DNA of 64,000 nt from Octopus vulgaris. Lineage: Eukaryota. The stretch lies in NCBI GenBank assembly GCA_951406725.2, contig OX597821.1, positions 64,790,001 to 64,854,000 of the forward strand, given 5' to 3'. The stretch's first letter is position 1. The number at the start of each line of letters is the position of its first letter. Made by a program: the position numbers and the translations under genes. Below the pieces are notes generated by a model. The model did no database searches and was not told the DNA's origin. It worked only from the letters and a program-made list of their open reading frames with translations. Below are positions 28,296-41,875 of this stretch, piece after piece.

Positions 28296-30264
28296 CTCGA
28301 TCAATCTACCTATCCATTTTGTCTCTTGTGCTGCACTGATCTCATCTCTGAAATGACTGGTTATATACAAGATTCAATGAAACCTAATTAAGTCAACCCC
28401 TACATTTCTCTCTATCACATATACTACTGACTCTACTTGACATTTTCCTAACCCTTTCTCTCCTGAAGATAATCCATCAGTTCGATAAATAATGCTTGCA
28501 TGTTTCTCCAACAAATGATCTTCAACTTGTTTTCATAAGGTTTTCACCACCACATCAGGCTTTAAGTACCTGGAGTGGATATCGGTATCGGTCTTCGAAC
28601 TCAATATGAATTAGAAATAAGAAGCATGTATTACTTTTAAAGAGCGAACAAAACATGGGTTTTAAGAAATGATTGCTGTCAGTTGTAAATGCATTATTAT
28701 ACGTTTAGAACTGTGATTAATGATCCAGCATGGGGACCTCATCTCGGTCGTTTGGCCTACAAGAAATAGCAGTTTAATCTCCAAATCGCATCTTAATATT
28801 CTTAGAGAAGAAAAACAACTTTAGAGTATATAGTGCTAGATACACTATATCAAAAAAATAAAAAAAAAACGAAAGAAGACTGTTCAAAGTTGAAATATAT
28901 TCAGTGATATATCTGTTCGATCAAGGCTGACTGGCAGCGAAAAAAAAAAAATTTGGTATCTCAAGAAATTGAGAATTGTTCCATTCAGAAACTTAGGAAA
29001 CTCTAATGCTTCTATTGTCAACTTTAAACCGTTGATTTTAAATGCATGTGATTTTGTTTAGAGCCGTGGTTTTCAATCTTTTTGACATGAGAATGGACAG
29101 CAGATAAAAAAAATAATTTGCTTCACACCAAAATAAAATGAAAAACTCAAAAATATAGAAAAATATTGTTTATCGTGTTTCACATGTATAAATCCTATTT
29201 TCTGTGAAGTAAAATAATAACACATTTTCAAGGCGCTCAATCATCAGCAAAACTGTTCTTAAACGATAACTGCTGTGTGTAAAACTACAACTGCTGTATT
29301 CCATTATATTTCATAAGATCATTGTTTGCCCGTAGTTTGAAGTCAGCTTCCTCTTTCACTGAATACTGCTTTTCAAACGTCCTTCTTGACGTTTCGTTTT
29401 AAACATATATCCAAAATTTCTGGCACAAAGCCAGAAATTTTGGGAGTGGGGGTAAGTCGATTATATCCACCCCACTACTCAACTGGTACTTAATTTATCG
29501 ACCTTACACTAACAAATCCAGTATACGCCTCCCTTTTATCTGTGTAAATTTATGCCACCGTGTTGAATTTATAGTAGATGCTTAGAAATATGATGACTAA
29601 TATAATGAATTTATATATCGTACTCTAACGCTTCATCAGTCATGTATTCTGATCATTGATAATGTTCGATTCCTATTCTAACACCAAAGAAATTTTTCTT
29701 ACAAATCGTGCTTAAAATATAGATTTACCTGGATTTGATATTATATTTCTAAGAAAATTCCATACCTCTGTACAGCCCTCAAGCTGCCATACTGATATCT
29801 AGACATTTGCACTCGTTTATGAACATTGAATGCTGCCAAGATGTGCTGCCATCCAAGTTTAAGAACAGTTGACTTAGGTTAAACCAGTTTTTCACTGTGT
29901 ACAAAACAACTGATTTTCTCCTATTTGAAACCTATATTGAATTGAAGTTAGTCTGGCATAATTCATTTCAACTACATGATAATTTTCGAAAACAGGAACT
30001 GATTGATTCAAAGGGTTATCATTAAGTAGCAAATTAGAAAGCAAATTTTGTTTGGCTCCTACTCGATATAGAAAGTTAATAATCTTGCTAAAGTGGAATT
30101 TAAAAACAAAAATTATTTCGAATAAATGAGTCATATATACTTAAAAGACATTTAATTTTCATTTAGTAATGTATACGTCATTGCGGAATAAAGATAAATG
30201 AATAAGGAAAGAAGAGTTAAATAATTAGAAAACTTGAAAATTTACAAAACATTATTTCACGGAA

Positions 30265-30540
30265 TATATGAAGTGGTGCTGGAAAATTTCTGGCTTTAAG
30301 GGTATCGCGAAAGGCTTGGGTGGTGGCCCAAAATTCCAGGCTCTTTTACGGGGCTTATAAAAATTGAACGACCGTTGCAATAAGTGTGTGTATCTGAGAG
30401 GGGAATATGTTGACTAAAACCATAATTAACTGATTCTCCTGTATTTTCTTTTAGCCAAAGAGAGGGACATTTCAACAACCCCATATATCTGGAACTTATT
30501 CCTTATATAAAGATTTCAGTGGAGATTAGAAACAGTTTTC
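30265..30540 (+). mobile_element. Probable mariner-derived MITE, left part
   Basis: ta-tgaagtggtgctggaaaatttctggcttt start resembles mariner-type TIR; no matching right TIR seen. Confidence 0.35.
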
Positions 30541-30974
30541 GTAAATACTCCATAATTATTTCAAATATATACTGGAAACATTGATCTCGGTGCAGTATTG
30601 CTCTCACTGTACGTAAAGCATAAAAAATCTTGCAACAACCATTTACTTTGTGTGTAACAATCGCATCGGATTACATTTCCTTGCCGACATTTTTTTCTGG
30701 CTGATGAATAAAATATACCAGTCATGTACTGACCCGATTACATTACACAGTTGTTACTATAATCAACTAATGGACAACTTAATTTTCGAAATGAACGGCC
30801 GTGCGCCATCATTATCAGCAGCATCATCATATTCATCATCATCACAACCACCACCACATATAAATATATATACATATATATCCCCACATCTCCACACCCA
30901 CACATACTTACGCACACGCGTCCAGACCACCAGCCCTCTTTCACACGCACATACATACTCTCTTATACACACAC

Positions 30975-31260
30975 GCACCTTTGTGTTGGGGGCACCTTCG
31001 TATTGGAAGTCACTTGACCCAGTTATCTCCCCTACTGTCCCTCTCGCGTGTGACCACTGTCCGAAATCAGGACGCCACGATAGATCGTTAGCTCCTACAC
31101 GCATTTTTTTCTCTCCTTGTTTTTTTTCTGTGTATCTTTTTGTCGAAGAGTGTAGGATCGAAACGTAAAAGACTTTTTCTATTCCTGAGCGCTATACTAA
31201 TACATTTGTTTGTTTGTACTCCACCTGCCTTCGTCTTTTGTTTATTTTCGCAAGCTTTCC

Positions 31261-31262
<2 letters not shown>
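30975..31262 (+). mobile_element. pLTR (same family as 9240-9436) with degenerate minimal hammerhead
   Basis: cgccacgatagatcgttagc...CTTT TTGTCGA AGAGTGTAGGATC GAAA CG TA AAAG...ccacctgccttcgtctttt then (TA)n. Confidence 0.65.
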
Positions 31263-31304
<42 letters not shown>

Positions 31305-31931
31305 GCATTTTTACTCCTACTGTAACACAGACACAGAAAGACACACTGACTCACACACAAATGTATATATATATTTTTTTTTTCTAAATGCATACCATTG
31401 CATATTTTATACTGTCATGTACCATGTGTAACATGGGATTAACAATATACCAATATACCACACACTACCACACATACATTCATACATACATGCATACATA
31501 ATCAATATATGCTATACTTCATCATAGCCCATACTGGATTCAGGGCTTCCCTACCGAGGTCAACGCTCAACCTGCAAGCTTTGCCTGAAGGAGGCGCTTC
31601 ACATATTAGAGCACAACTCTCCAACAAGGCTAAATAAACATGAGGCACTAAGCACATGCAACCAGCGTTTTTTTTCACACATTAAATTCTACCACAAATC
31701 CAAATGCCTAAACGACCATACAGTATATTTCCACAATACCGCTTAAGTAATAACAATAACCTTATAAATCTACATTTTAACTCCTAATCCTTATCTAATT
31801 ATCTTTCATTCTTGAATATCACAATCATTTAATTATATTTGTATATATATACGTATGTACGTATGTGTGTACATATATTTGTATGTATGTATGTATGTAT
31901 GTATGTATGTATGTATGTATGTATGTATGTA

Positions 31932-32243
31932 TGCAATGTCTGTGCAAGACCCTGCCTCAGTAAAGCTGGACTCAAGAGTCATCTTCGTAGTCATAAAGCG
32001 AGAAAGATGAGTGACAACCTGGCCACTGGTGGTGGTGTAACACACCATACTAATCATATCTGTCGGGCATGTGGAAGAGAGTGTAATTCGGCAGGAGGAC
32101 TTAAACGACATGCAAAGGTACATGAAGCCCAGTTACAACTACAGCCGGCTTTTACCAGTGAAGGATTTAGTTGTCAATTTTGTACAAGACATTGTAGATC
32201 TTTAGCTGAGCTAAAAAGTCATATTCGATCACAGCACCAGTAA
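31932..32243 (+). mobile_element. 3' end of RTE-type LINE ORF with three C2H2 zinc fingers
   Basis: Open frame CNVCARPCLSKAGLKSHLRSH / CRACGRECNSAGGLKRHAKVH / CQFCTRHCRSLAELKSHIRSQH, then stop and short tail (to ~32295); C..C.R.C.S..GL.SH pattern is that of RTE ORF2 C-termini; no TGEKP linkers. Confidence 0.7.
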
Positions 32244-32403
32244 CAGTTAAGCTTCGTGCAATGGCCATACTCGATAACGATGGGGCAGGCATAATGCAAG
32301 GTATATCTATGTTAAGGATTGCGATGCAATCAATTCATTTACTGTATTATATGGGCAAAGGTAAAATGATTTACCACAAATTACTAATACCGGATTAGAA
32401 AAT

Positions 32404-32480
<77 letters not shown>

Positions 32481-33514
32481 CACACATAAACGTGAGCACA
32501 TAGAAATGTGTGTGAGCGTGGTGTTAGGTAGCTGTGTACACGTATATATTCGCACGTGTATGCACGCGTGAATGTGTATGTGTATGGACATGTGTGTGGG
32601 CGTGTCTATCTCTCTGCATAATTGTGTGTAAAACGTTGCTTAATATCTAGTTTTTTTTCGCTATCCTGATGAAACTGTGATTGATTGAGTTTACAGTAGA
32701 TCATTTCTATAATAGTAAGTGATAGACAGCTTCTTTCTCGATAAGCACCGAATAAAAATACGAACCTTTGCACTGATGTAAAGAATTTTACAAGCAATAA
32801 GATGGATTCCAGTATTAACAATACCAGCATCCTCATTTACTCGAAAACTATACCGACAATTCTAAACAGTGAACGGACATCAATAATGTTGATACACGCA
32901 GTAAGGATGCCGGTTAAAGCAAAACAGTGATGGCAGGAAAAATATCGGTGACAAAAATAGCAAATATATAAAAAGAAAGCATATTGAAAAACAAACGACA
33001 TTGAGAAAAAAAAAAACTATTTGCTGGAGCTATTTTATAAAAAGATCATCGAAACTCTAACAAGTCAAGGCGACATGAAAAACATCTTCCTTTACATTAG
33101 TTGGCTTTTAAAGTATTGGCAGCAACAGCCGTGTTGACATTAGTTGTGTGAGTGAAATTTCGTATAGAGAAAACGCATGAAATTCGGTAGGATTGACAGG
33201 ACATGTTCAATGTACGTAGATCTGACGTTCACCACTTTTCCATTAAATGGTATTTCTGGAGTACATTTCATTGCAAATGTTTTGACCAGATCTCTGGTTT
33301 AAAAATGTTTCGTCCTTCCTTACCGATATTTTGGAATCCTTGTAAAAAGAAATGAGCACTTTCCCGTTGGACAGGTATCAAGAGAGTTTCAGCTAGTTCG
33401 TCTCAATAGAGATAAACTCGTCCACCTATCCATCCATTCATCTATCTACCCACCCATTCCTCTATTCATCCATCCACATCCATTCATTTTCTCTTTCCAC
33501 CATACTAGAGTGGA

Positions 33515-33835
33515 TCGTAAAAATAGGCTTCTCGCGTACTTTCTCCATAGCGTCCAATCCGAAATAACCGTCGTTACATGTTTCGGTTGGATTCCAAACG
33601 TGACCATCTGAGGTTATAATTATCCAACTATCTCGCTCTTCGGCTGCCCCTACATCACCTCTCTACCGGTTCGGCTTGGAGAACCCATCTTGCGCTTCTT
33701 TACTGCGACATTGTAATCCTGTATCTGATGAAGAATTCTGCGCAAGGCGCCATGAAAAGATCCAAGTAATTTGTCGAGATCCAGCTAGATGAAGAACTGT
33801 GTGGGTTCAGCCCTGAACTCGACACAACTGAACAA
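33515..33835. pseudogene. RTE-clade LINE fragment with internal inversion
   Basis: - strand 33515-33718: MSQ*RSARWVLQAEPVER*CRGSRRAR*LDNYNLRWSRL/IQP...DWTLWRK (ORF2 C-terminus); + strand 33730-33835: KRSK*FVEIQLDEELCGFSPELDTTEQ (RT QxGFRPGRSTTDQ region). Confidence 0.65.
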
Positions 33836-34759
33836 TAGAGATAAACAATTTTTAAAATGGAGGGGGGGCTAATAAAAATACCACAGGAATTAGTAAATGA
33901 TAGTATGTTATGATTATGACATGTTATGATTATGACTTTCTTAAAACACTTCGGGAAAATGGTCGCTATTGGAATGAAGAAACGTGTGGTATGAATCGCG
34001 ATAAATCTCTACTCCGATGAAATCGTAACGTCAGAACAATGTAAGTTAGAAGTCGAAAAACACGGAAAAGACGCAGGCACAAATGTTTTAATAACATGAT
34101 GAAGAAGAGATGTCCCAAGTGATTTATATGAAGACGAGGCCCTATAAACTGCTTGTTCCTGAGAAAATAGATCGGTAATAACAATTAGAATTAAACCAAG
34201 CAATAAGCATACGGTTTTATAAATTCCACTAATTTAAACGAGGCAATTTTTGTTTAGTGTACCGGGAGGGTTATTACACCACTAATAAACACACGCACCG
34301 ATTCTATTTCACTTCTTTTGTCAGTTCGCTAATATTTGTCTAATGAATCGATTGTTTGGTTAATCTTTATATCTTCATCAATGAGATCTCCTCTGAATAC
34401 CAGCAGCTGCTCTCGTTTAGGTTAAAATCCATGATTCAATCTCACCCATGTTTGGAAAGATGCACATCTAGTAGTACATTTGAATGTGCGTTGCTGTATT
34501 GCATAAATGGAGGCCGCTGATAGTAAATATAGACTGGTCGATGAAACGTGTTCAGGCTGGTGGTAGTGCGTTTACTGTTATATCAAGGCGAACTGAAACA
34601 CACTACACTTTCCCCAAGATACCAAACACTAAATCGAAACTGCTCGAAAACTAAACATTCTCATCTCTAAATCCGTTGTAATGGGACTCTAAAAACCGTT
34701 GTAGTGGGACACATGCTAGACTTCATGCATGAATTGTTGACTGTAAGATTAAAAAGATT

Positions 34760-35130
34760 TTTTTCAACCTCGTGGTTTCTGGCTCAGTCCCATTTCTTGC
34801 ACCGTAGGGAAATGCCTTCCACGATAACCTCAGGCCAACTAGTGCATTGTGAGTAAATCATATAGACGAAAAATGTGTTGAACCCCGTTATGTATGTAAT
34901 CATGTGTCGTGTGCCTGTGTTTGTAACGCCCCACCTCTTCGCATCTATCAGTGTTGGTTCGTTTATATCATCATATCGTAGCAGTTCGGTGAAACAGACC
35001 GATAGAATAAAAGTAAATCAGGCTGTAAAGAAATCATCAGAACTGGGTGCGATTTGTTCGACTATAACACTTCCAGAAGTTGCCCCAGCAATACCACAAT
35101 CCAATCACTGAAACAAACCAAGGACAAAAG
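34760..35130 (+). mobile_element. Old, diverged SINE family A copy
   Basis: ggctcagtccc...gcagttcggtgaaacagaccgatagaataa...ccccagca...cactgaaacaa. Confidence 0.65.
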
Positions 35131-35558
35131 AATAGTTTCCATTCTCCTTCTTCGCATACACCACCTTTGCAGCCCGGTGTATATCCTATTCCGAATCTTA
35201 CCTTAAACTATGCCTGCGTATATGTGATTTTCATATTGTCGTTTTCCCTTCTCACCTGGTCATCAGTAACTCTATCTTCTAATTATCCTAAGTGCTTCGT
35301 ACCTCCGATATTGCAAACATTTTGTCTATAAATAAAGAAACAATATTTATCGCCATCCATCTCTCTGTAATTCAATTAGATTCATCTTCTCACACCCATC
35401 GTCAGTTGATACACAGCAACTCCAACAATCCTCTTTTTCCTTTCTCACAATCAAACTATGGCGGATCATCTCCCTTCTTACATCCATCTTATAATATGAC
35501 AACAATACTTTCCACCACACATCTGACCCAACACCTTTATTTTTTCTACAGCTTTCTA

Positions 35559-36119
35559 TTGGATTGTCCGGAAAGTTCGTGCCGATTTATAGTAGCTTAA
35601 CTTTCGACATACTTTAGAACATGGTTGAGTTCAGAAAATAGGATTTGACTACCCCTCCATTTAGAGCACAGTTTAAGCTATCTTTTCGTGGAACAATGTT
35701 TATGTTCCTATAACCTGTGTTAATTCTGTAACCCTTTAAAATGGAAGACAAGAAAGTTGATTTTCGGCACTTGATGCTTTGGAAACCAAACACAAATTGC
35801 TGCAGCACGGCTGGGATGTGATACCCCACCCTCCATATTCACCAGATATTGTTCCTTCGGATTTCCACTTACTCAGGTCTCTGCAGAATAGTCGTAATGG
35901 TAAAAAATTCCTTGGATGACGTAAAAAGATACCTTGATGAATTCTTTGCCATGAAATCACCTCAATTCTGGGAAGAGGGTATTTTCAAGATAAAGGAAAG
36001 ATGGAGACGCATTGTGTTACAAAATGGTTCATATTTGGTTGATTAAAAATGTAATGGCAAGTATTTATCAACCTTTTTCTTTCCTTTAAAAATCGGCATG
36101 AACTTTCCGGACAACCCAA
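35559..36119 (+). mobile_element. Internally deleted mariner element with both TIRs
   Basis: TA|ttggattgtccggaaagttcgtgccgattt ... aaatcggcatgaactttccggacaacccaa|TA; N-terminus MEDKKVDFRHLML joined to WDVIPHPPYSPDIVPSDFHLLRSLQN and DEFFAMKSPQFWEEGIFKIKERWRRIVLQNGSYLVD*. Confidence 0.93.
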
Positions 36120-36459
36120 TACATGGAGCAGTTCAAGAATACAATGTTAGAAATTCCACCACACCGTCTTGGGGTATCTTACAATCCCTCCAATCAGTCT
36201 AAGCCAATGCAAATTTAGTAAGTTTTAAATGTAGATACAATTATCTTCATGTGAATTTGAACTAAATTTACATAGCATTTTCATCCGATCATTAAATATG
36301 AGTAATTAGATTATCCTTATTATGCAATGGCTGAGAATAAATAGATTATCCTTATGCATTGGCTGAGGATATATAACTCACGATTGTAGTCCACACATTT
36401 AACGTGTAAGTATTTTTGAGTTGAGACTGTTTTATAGTAACTTGTATTTGTCCTCATCA

Positions 36460-36865
36460 TAACTACCACAGACCATTACCAAAACATCACCCAGACGCCA
36501 CCACCACAACCACTACCATCGCAATCACCGCAACCACCAGCACCAACATCACCACCAGCCACACCAACACCACCACTAATACCACAACCAAAATACCTTC
36601 ACCATCATCACCACCGACACTGCCACCAACTCTACTACCACAACCTCTACCACCAACACACCCACGACAACCTCAGCCACCACCACAACCACCACCAACA
36701 ACAACAACAACAGCACCAAGACCAACACTACCACCAACACCACCACCACTACAACAACAACAATAACAACGACAAGACGCTCACTTCTACCTCCTCCTCC
36801 ACTTCATTATCATCATCACCATCATCATCATCGTCATCATTATCTTCGGTCGTCATCGTCGTCAT
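36460..36865. repeat. Degenerate (ACC)/(AAC)/(ATC) low-complexity tract
   Basis: Direct reading of sequence. Confidence 0.85.
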
Positions 36866-37595
36866 TGACATTGCACTCTGTCTGTCTGTCTCTGTCTGTA
36901 TGTCTGTCTCTCACTCACTCTCTCGCCATTCTATCGCGAAATTTTAATGGTCCCCTCTGTTATGTTATCAGGTAAATGGCATTGTAAATATTTGCTTAAA
37001 CCAGACTCTGGATCCGGTAATTGATTCGTCTTTAGATGTATGCGACAACGAGATGTGATTGTACATCCCTACACGTCGATATGAGTGTGTGTTTGTATCT
37101 TTTCTCATACGCACGCGCGTAAACACACACACACATACACACCTGCATACGTATATATATATATATGTATATCTGTGTGTGTGTGTCTGTGTGTTTGTGT
37201 ATGTGTACGTACAAACATACGCATAGATATGTCCATACATACTTACATACAAGTGCGCATATACATATCTATTGCCTTCAGGCAACGTTAAGTATACTGT
37301 ATATTTCTTTATTAAATTAAAGTTTGATATTTCCCACCCGTTAAGTAAATGTCACGAGAGTATTTGAGTATGATTAGATTTAGCGGAACGAGAGCCAGAA
37401 AAATTTTCAAGTTGGTGTAGGTGGAAAGTAAACTGAATTTCGAAAAAACAACTAAATATTTTTTATTATTATTTTACAACTCATTTGATGCTTTTACACA
37501 AACGTATTTATTTGAAAGACAACACTGTCCACAGCAGCAGCAGCAGCAGTAGCTGTAGTGGCAGTAGCAGCAGGAGCAGCAGCAGCAGTAGTAGC

Positions 37596-37636
<41 letters not shown>

Positions 37637-38181
37637 ATTGCCATACAATATTATTTCAATATACGATCACCATACAATTTTATTTCAATTTACGATCGCC
37701 ATACAATATCATTTCAAAATAAAGAAAATCTTGAAGATCTAGTTATAAAATAAGGATTTCTAAAAGTAAGCTTAAATGTAATAAATTTATTGCTACCATT
37801 CTCACCATTCTCATGCTCAAATCGATACCGCCATTTTTTCTTTTTTTTTTCTACTTCTTATCGAATTTGGTGTACAATAGCGTGTTTGGTTGCAAGTCAT
37901 CCGCACGCCATTCGCTGATTCATGGCCTTCCTGACACCCAGTTTGATATAGTATTGTCTATCTCGACAGAACAGATAAATACATTCAGGAAAGACCGGTC
38001 GAAAATATTCATAGACTTGAACTATAAATGTACATTAAACCACATTCTAAAACTGACGTTTTGTGATGTCGATTTTAGGTAGATCTAGAAAAACATATTC
38101 CCATCATAAGCAACAGATGAGCGATACGTATGATCATAAACTCATTATGATTAAGATTTAACCATCAATCAGGGTTTATCA

Positions 38182-38502
38182 AGCTGCATGGCTCAGTGGA
38201 TAGAGCGACGGTCTCACAATCATGAGGTAGTGAGTTGGATTCCCACACTGGGCTGTGTGTTGTGCTCTTGAGCAAGACACAGGTTCCAATTCACTCAGCT
38301 GCAGGAATGAGTTGCGACGTCACTGGTGTCAAGCTGTGACGGCCTTTGCTTTTCCCTTGGATAACATTAGTGGTGTGCAGAGGGGAGGCTGGTATACATG
38401 GGTGACTGCTGGTCTTCCATGAACAACTTTACCCAGAGCTGTGTCTTGGAGGGGTACTTTGTATAGGCAATCCCATGGTCATTTATGACAAAGGGAAGTC
38501 TC
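38182..38502 (+). mobile_element. SINE family C-related copy
   Basis: gcatggctcagtggatagagcg...gtgagttggattccc (A/B box-like)...cttgagcaagacac...cactcagctg. Confidence 0.75.
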
Positions 38503-39601
38503 TTCTTTTCTATCAACTTCTTGCAGTGCTGTGCAGTTGTCTTGTTTCTCTTGCTTATTTGGAGAAGCACTTTCCGTCAGATTACGACTAGTTCGATGAC
38601 GTGCATCGTGTTTCGTACATATTTCATCTTTTCTTGCTTGTTTTCATTCTGAAGGGGTAGAAATATTCCTCGGTGGACATAGCTGTCGATCCCTGGAGTT
38701 TGTCTGTGTCTATATTCGAAATTTACAAGAAATAGACAGTCAAATACTCCGCGGTCTGGTTGGTTAGGGTGCACATAATGTTTGCACCGTCTTTAACTGA
38801 CTTCTTTTATAATAGTTATGGCTTGTCAGCAGTCTATTGTGCACACTAGCTGAGCCTGAGATTCTGCCAGTAGCGTAGCGCATTTGAGCTATTGTTGGCT
38901 TTCATTCTGGTTTGCTAGCTTATATTCTTTTTGTCAAGCCTTCTGGGATATTGGCCTTGCAGTGATCTTCATTTCATTGTTTTTTTCAATTCAGTTTGGA
39001 TATCCATCTTGATTTTGTAATTAGAATTGGAAGCTCTTCGAATAGATTTCTTCTGTAAATCCGTTTCTTGTGTTGCAGGTTTTCTGTTAGCATTATATAG
39101 TTTCGTTACATACAGAGTAAAAAAAAAACCCTTCTTACTTTATTTCACTGAACAGATTCTCTTTGCTTACTTCTAATAATTTTCTGGTTCTACTGCTGTT
39201 ATTACACAGCAGATTCCATTTACATTCCACTCTGCACTTTTCACATGCGAGCTATGTATATTTCTTTCTAGACCAGCTTTGACGTGGGGGCTTCAAAATT
39301 CTACGATAATTTTCTAGCGTTTGTGCCTTAGGTCTTCGAAATGACAACAACCATTTTTATCATGTTGCTACACTTTATAACTGGAGCATCGAACGTAATT
39401 TTACATCCTGTCAAATCCACAGCATTAGGCTAGAAAAGTTGAATATTAACTGGATTCACTTACAGTGTTTTACTAATTTGCTTCTTAATTTTTGTTTCTT
39501 ATTTCATCGGTTTCGTTTACTCTTATACTTTGATGGGTACTCATGGCCCAATGTCTTACTTTTTTTTTAAGTGCATATGTCTTATGTAATACTCCCGTTC
39601 G

Positions 39602-40215
39602 TAAGGCGGCGAGCTGGTACAAAAGCAATTTTGCCTTTCATCCTTTCCAGGTCGATTAAATAAGTACCACTTACGCACTGGGGTCGATGTAATCGACTTA
39701 ATCCCTTTGTTTGTCCTTGTTTGTCACCTCTATGTTTAGCCTCCTCCCACTGTGGGCAATAAAGAAATAAATATTCCCATGTCTAAGGCGGCGAGCTGGC
39801 AGAAACGTAAGCGCGCCGGGTCAAATGCCTAGCGGTATTTCGTCTGCCGCTACGTTCTGAGTTCAAATTCCGCCGAGGTCAACTTTCCCTTTTATCTTTT
39901 CGGGGTCGATAAATTATGTACCAGTTACGCACTGGGGTCGATGTAATCGACTTAATCCGTTTGTCTGTCCTTGTTTGTCCCCTGTATGTTTAGCCCCGTG
40001 TGAGCAATAAAGAAATAGGAAACGTAAGCGCGTCGGGCCAAATGCCTAGCGCTATTTCGTCTGCCGCTACGTTCTGAGTTCAAATTCCGCCGAGGTCGAC
40101 TTTATATTTCATCCTTGGAGTGTCAATAAATTACGTACCAGTTGCGTCCTGGAGTCGATCTAATTGACTGCCTCCTCCTCTAAAATTTCGGGCCTTGTAC
40201 CTAGAGTAGAAAAGA
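39602..40215 (+). mobile_element. Tandem concatemer of three SINE family B units
   Basis: aaggcggcgagctgg at 39603 and 39785; third unit from 40020 gaaacgtaagcgcg...gttctgagttcaaattccgccgagg with alternative tail aaatttcgggccttgtacctagagtagaaaag. Confidence 0.9.
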
Positions 40216-40368
40216 ACATTCCTGTGTCTACTTAATTTACCTTACATTATATAAGCTTTGGCACAATTGTCTAACCTTATACATCTTATGTTTTCACTAA
40301 ATTTATGCGCCATTTTATGAGCCTCATACGTTCTGTATTTTAAATACTTCAAAATCAATTGTTCAGTC

Positions 40369-40495
40369 ACAGGAGTGGCCGTGTGGTAGGAAGTTCCAGG
40401 TTTCGTCCCACAAGCGAGTGTCTTTTACTATAGTCTCAGATCGACCGAAGCCTCAGGAGTGGATTCGGTGCAAGGAAACTGAAAAAGTTCGTCGT

Positions 40496-40569
<74 letters not shown>

Positions 40570-40801
40570 CTATGTATGTATCCATTTATTATTTGTGACT
40601 GTGTTTGTCCCCCCTCACCATCGCTTGATAACCGATGGTGTGTCTACGTCCCCGTCACCTAGTGGATCGGCAAAAAAGAGACCAATAGAATAAATACTAG
40701 GCTTACAAAGAATAAGTCCTGGGATCGTCTGGTTCGGTTCAAGGTGGTGTTCCAGCATAGCTCTGGTAAAATGACAGAAACGTTTAAAAGAATAAAAGAA
40801 T
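40369..40801 (+). mobile_element. SINE family A with internal (TACA)(TA) tract
   Basis: aggagtggccgtgtggtag...tactaggcttacaaagaataagtcctggg...ccagcatagc. Confidence 0.85.
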
Positions 40802-40964
40802 AGAAGAGATGGTTTATGGTTTGACCAGAGCATGGTCGTTACATTCTATGGATATCTATAACACTAACGCTTACACCATTCAGAATTTTGTTATACGAAA
40901 ATCTGAATATCTATATAGAGCATGTTATGTTTCTCGTCTCTTTGATTTCTAATGTTTTTGAAGG

Positions 40965-41170
40965 CAGAAAAATAGCAGAATTGATAGGGCGTCGGAAACC
41001 ATGGCTTGAGGTACTTGTTACCGCTTTAAATGTTCTAAGAGTTAAATCGTTCAGAAGCTTGTCTCGCCTTTTATCTCTCCTAGATCGATAAACTCAATCG
41101 AAGTCGAGCACTAAGGTTCATAGTATCGAGTTATCGTCTGCCCTCAAAAATGTTGTTCTAGTGCCTAAGT
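40965..41170 (+). mobile_element. Highly diverged SINE family B copy
   Basis: gcagaattgatagggcgtcgg...gttctaagagttaaatc...gccttttatctc...aaaatgttgttctagtgccta. Confidence 0.45.
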
Positions 41171-41285
41171 TAAAAACTATTATTATTATTATTATTATTG
41201 TTATTGGTACCCATAATACTAACATCAAAAGCAACAATAATAATAATGATGATAATGATGATGATGATGATGATGGTGATGATGA

Positions 41286-41843
41286 TAAATGCCCTGATGC
41301 CGTACCGGGCAGTGGCCGTCGTGGCTTCTGATCTTAACTGATTGGAATTGTTATCATGTACATTGCTTTGTTTTGGTATAAAAGATAGGCTACAGCAAAT
41401 ATTCTGCTCAATGCCACAGATTTGCATGTCAGTTGTTTGACCGTAACCAGTTGAGCATGTCACTTAGTGGCTGACGATATGTGCATCTCTGATCACGAGC
41501 AGAAGTAGTGGGGGAGCATCATAGCCATGTGTTGAAAGGGATTCTTTGGGGTTTGAAAAATTCACCTCGGGAAACATGGGTGGTTCATTCAACATCCTTA
41601 AACAAACTTATTCAGGGACCTTTTGAGTGGAATGGGTTACTCGACAAGAAGAAAATTCTAACTGGGCCCCACCTGCAAGGTCTTGTGCTGTTTATCTTGA
41701 TATGAGATCACCATGTCGGGCACATATGGTTGTGATTCATGTTCCTGGTGTACCCTTATCAGACGTGTAGTCATGATGGGTATACTGGGCTTCGTATATT
41801 TTACCCCAGTGTCACTTTGATGGCATGTACCGCTCTCTCAGTC

Positions 41844-41844
<1 letters not shown>
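41286..41844 (+). mobile_element. Second copy of the (AAT)n-flanked ~560-bp retroposon
   Basis: Colinear with 11297-11855. Confidence 0.8.

Positions 41845-41875
<31 letters not shown>

Noticed and set aside
29062-29095. tagagccgtggttttcaatcttttt, like a hAT/Charlie MITE left end
   Set aside because: No matching right TIR or 8-bp TSD found
33724-33760. CTGATGA...GAAA as another hammerhead
   Set aside because: Helices I and III cannot be formed; the sequence is explained by the RT fragment
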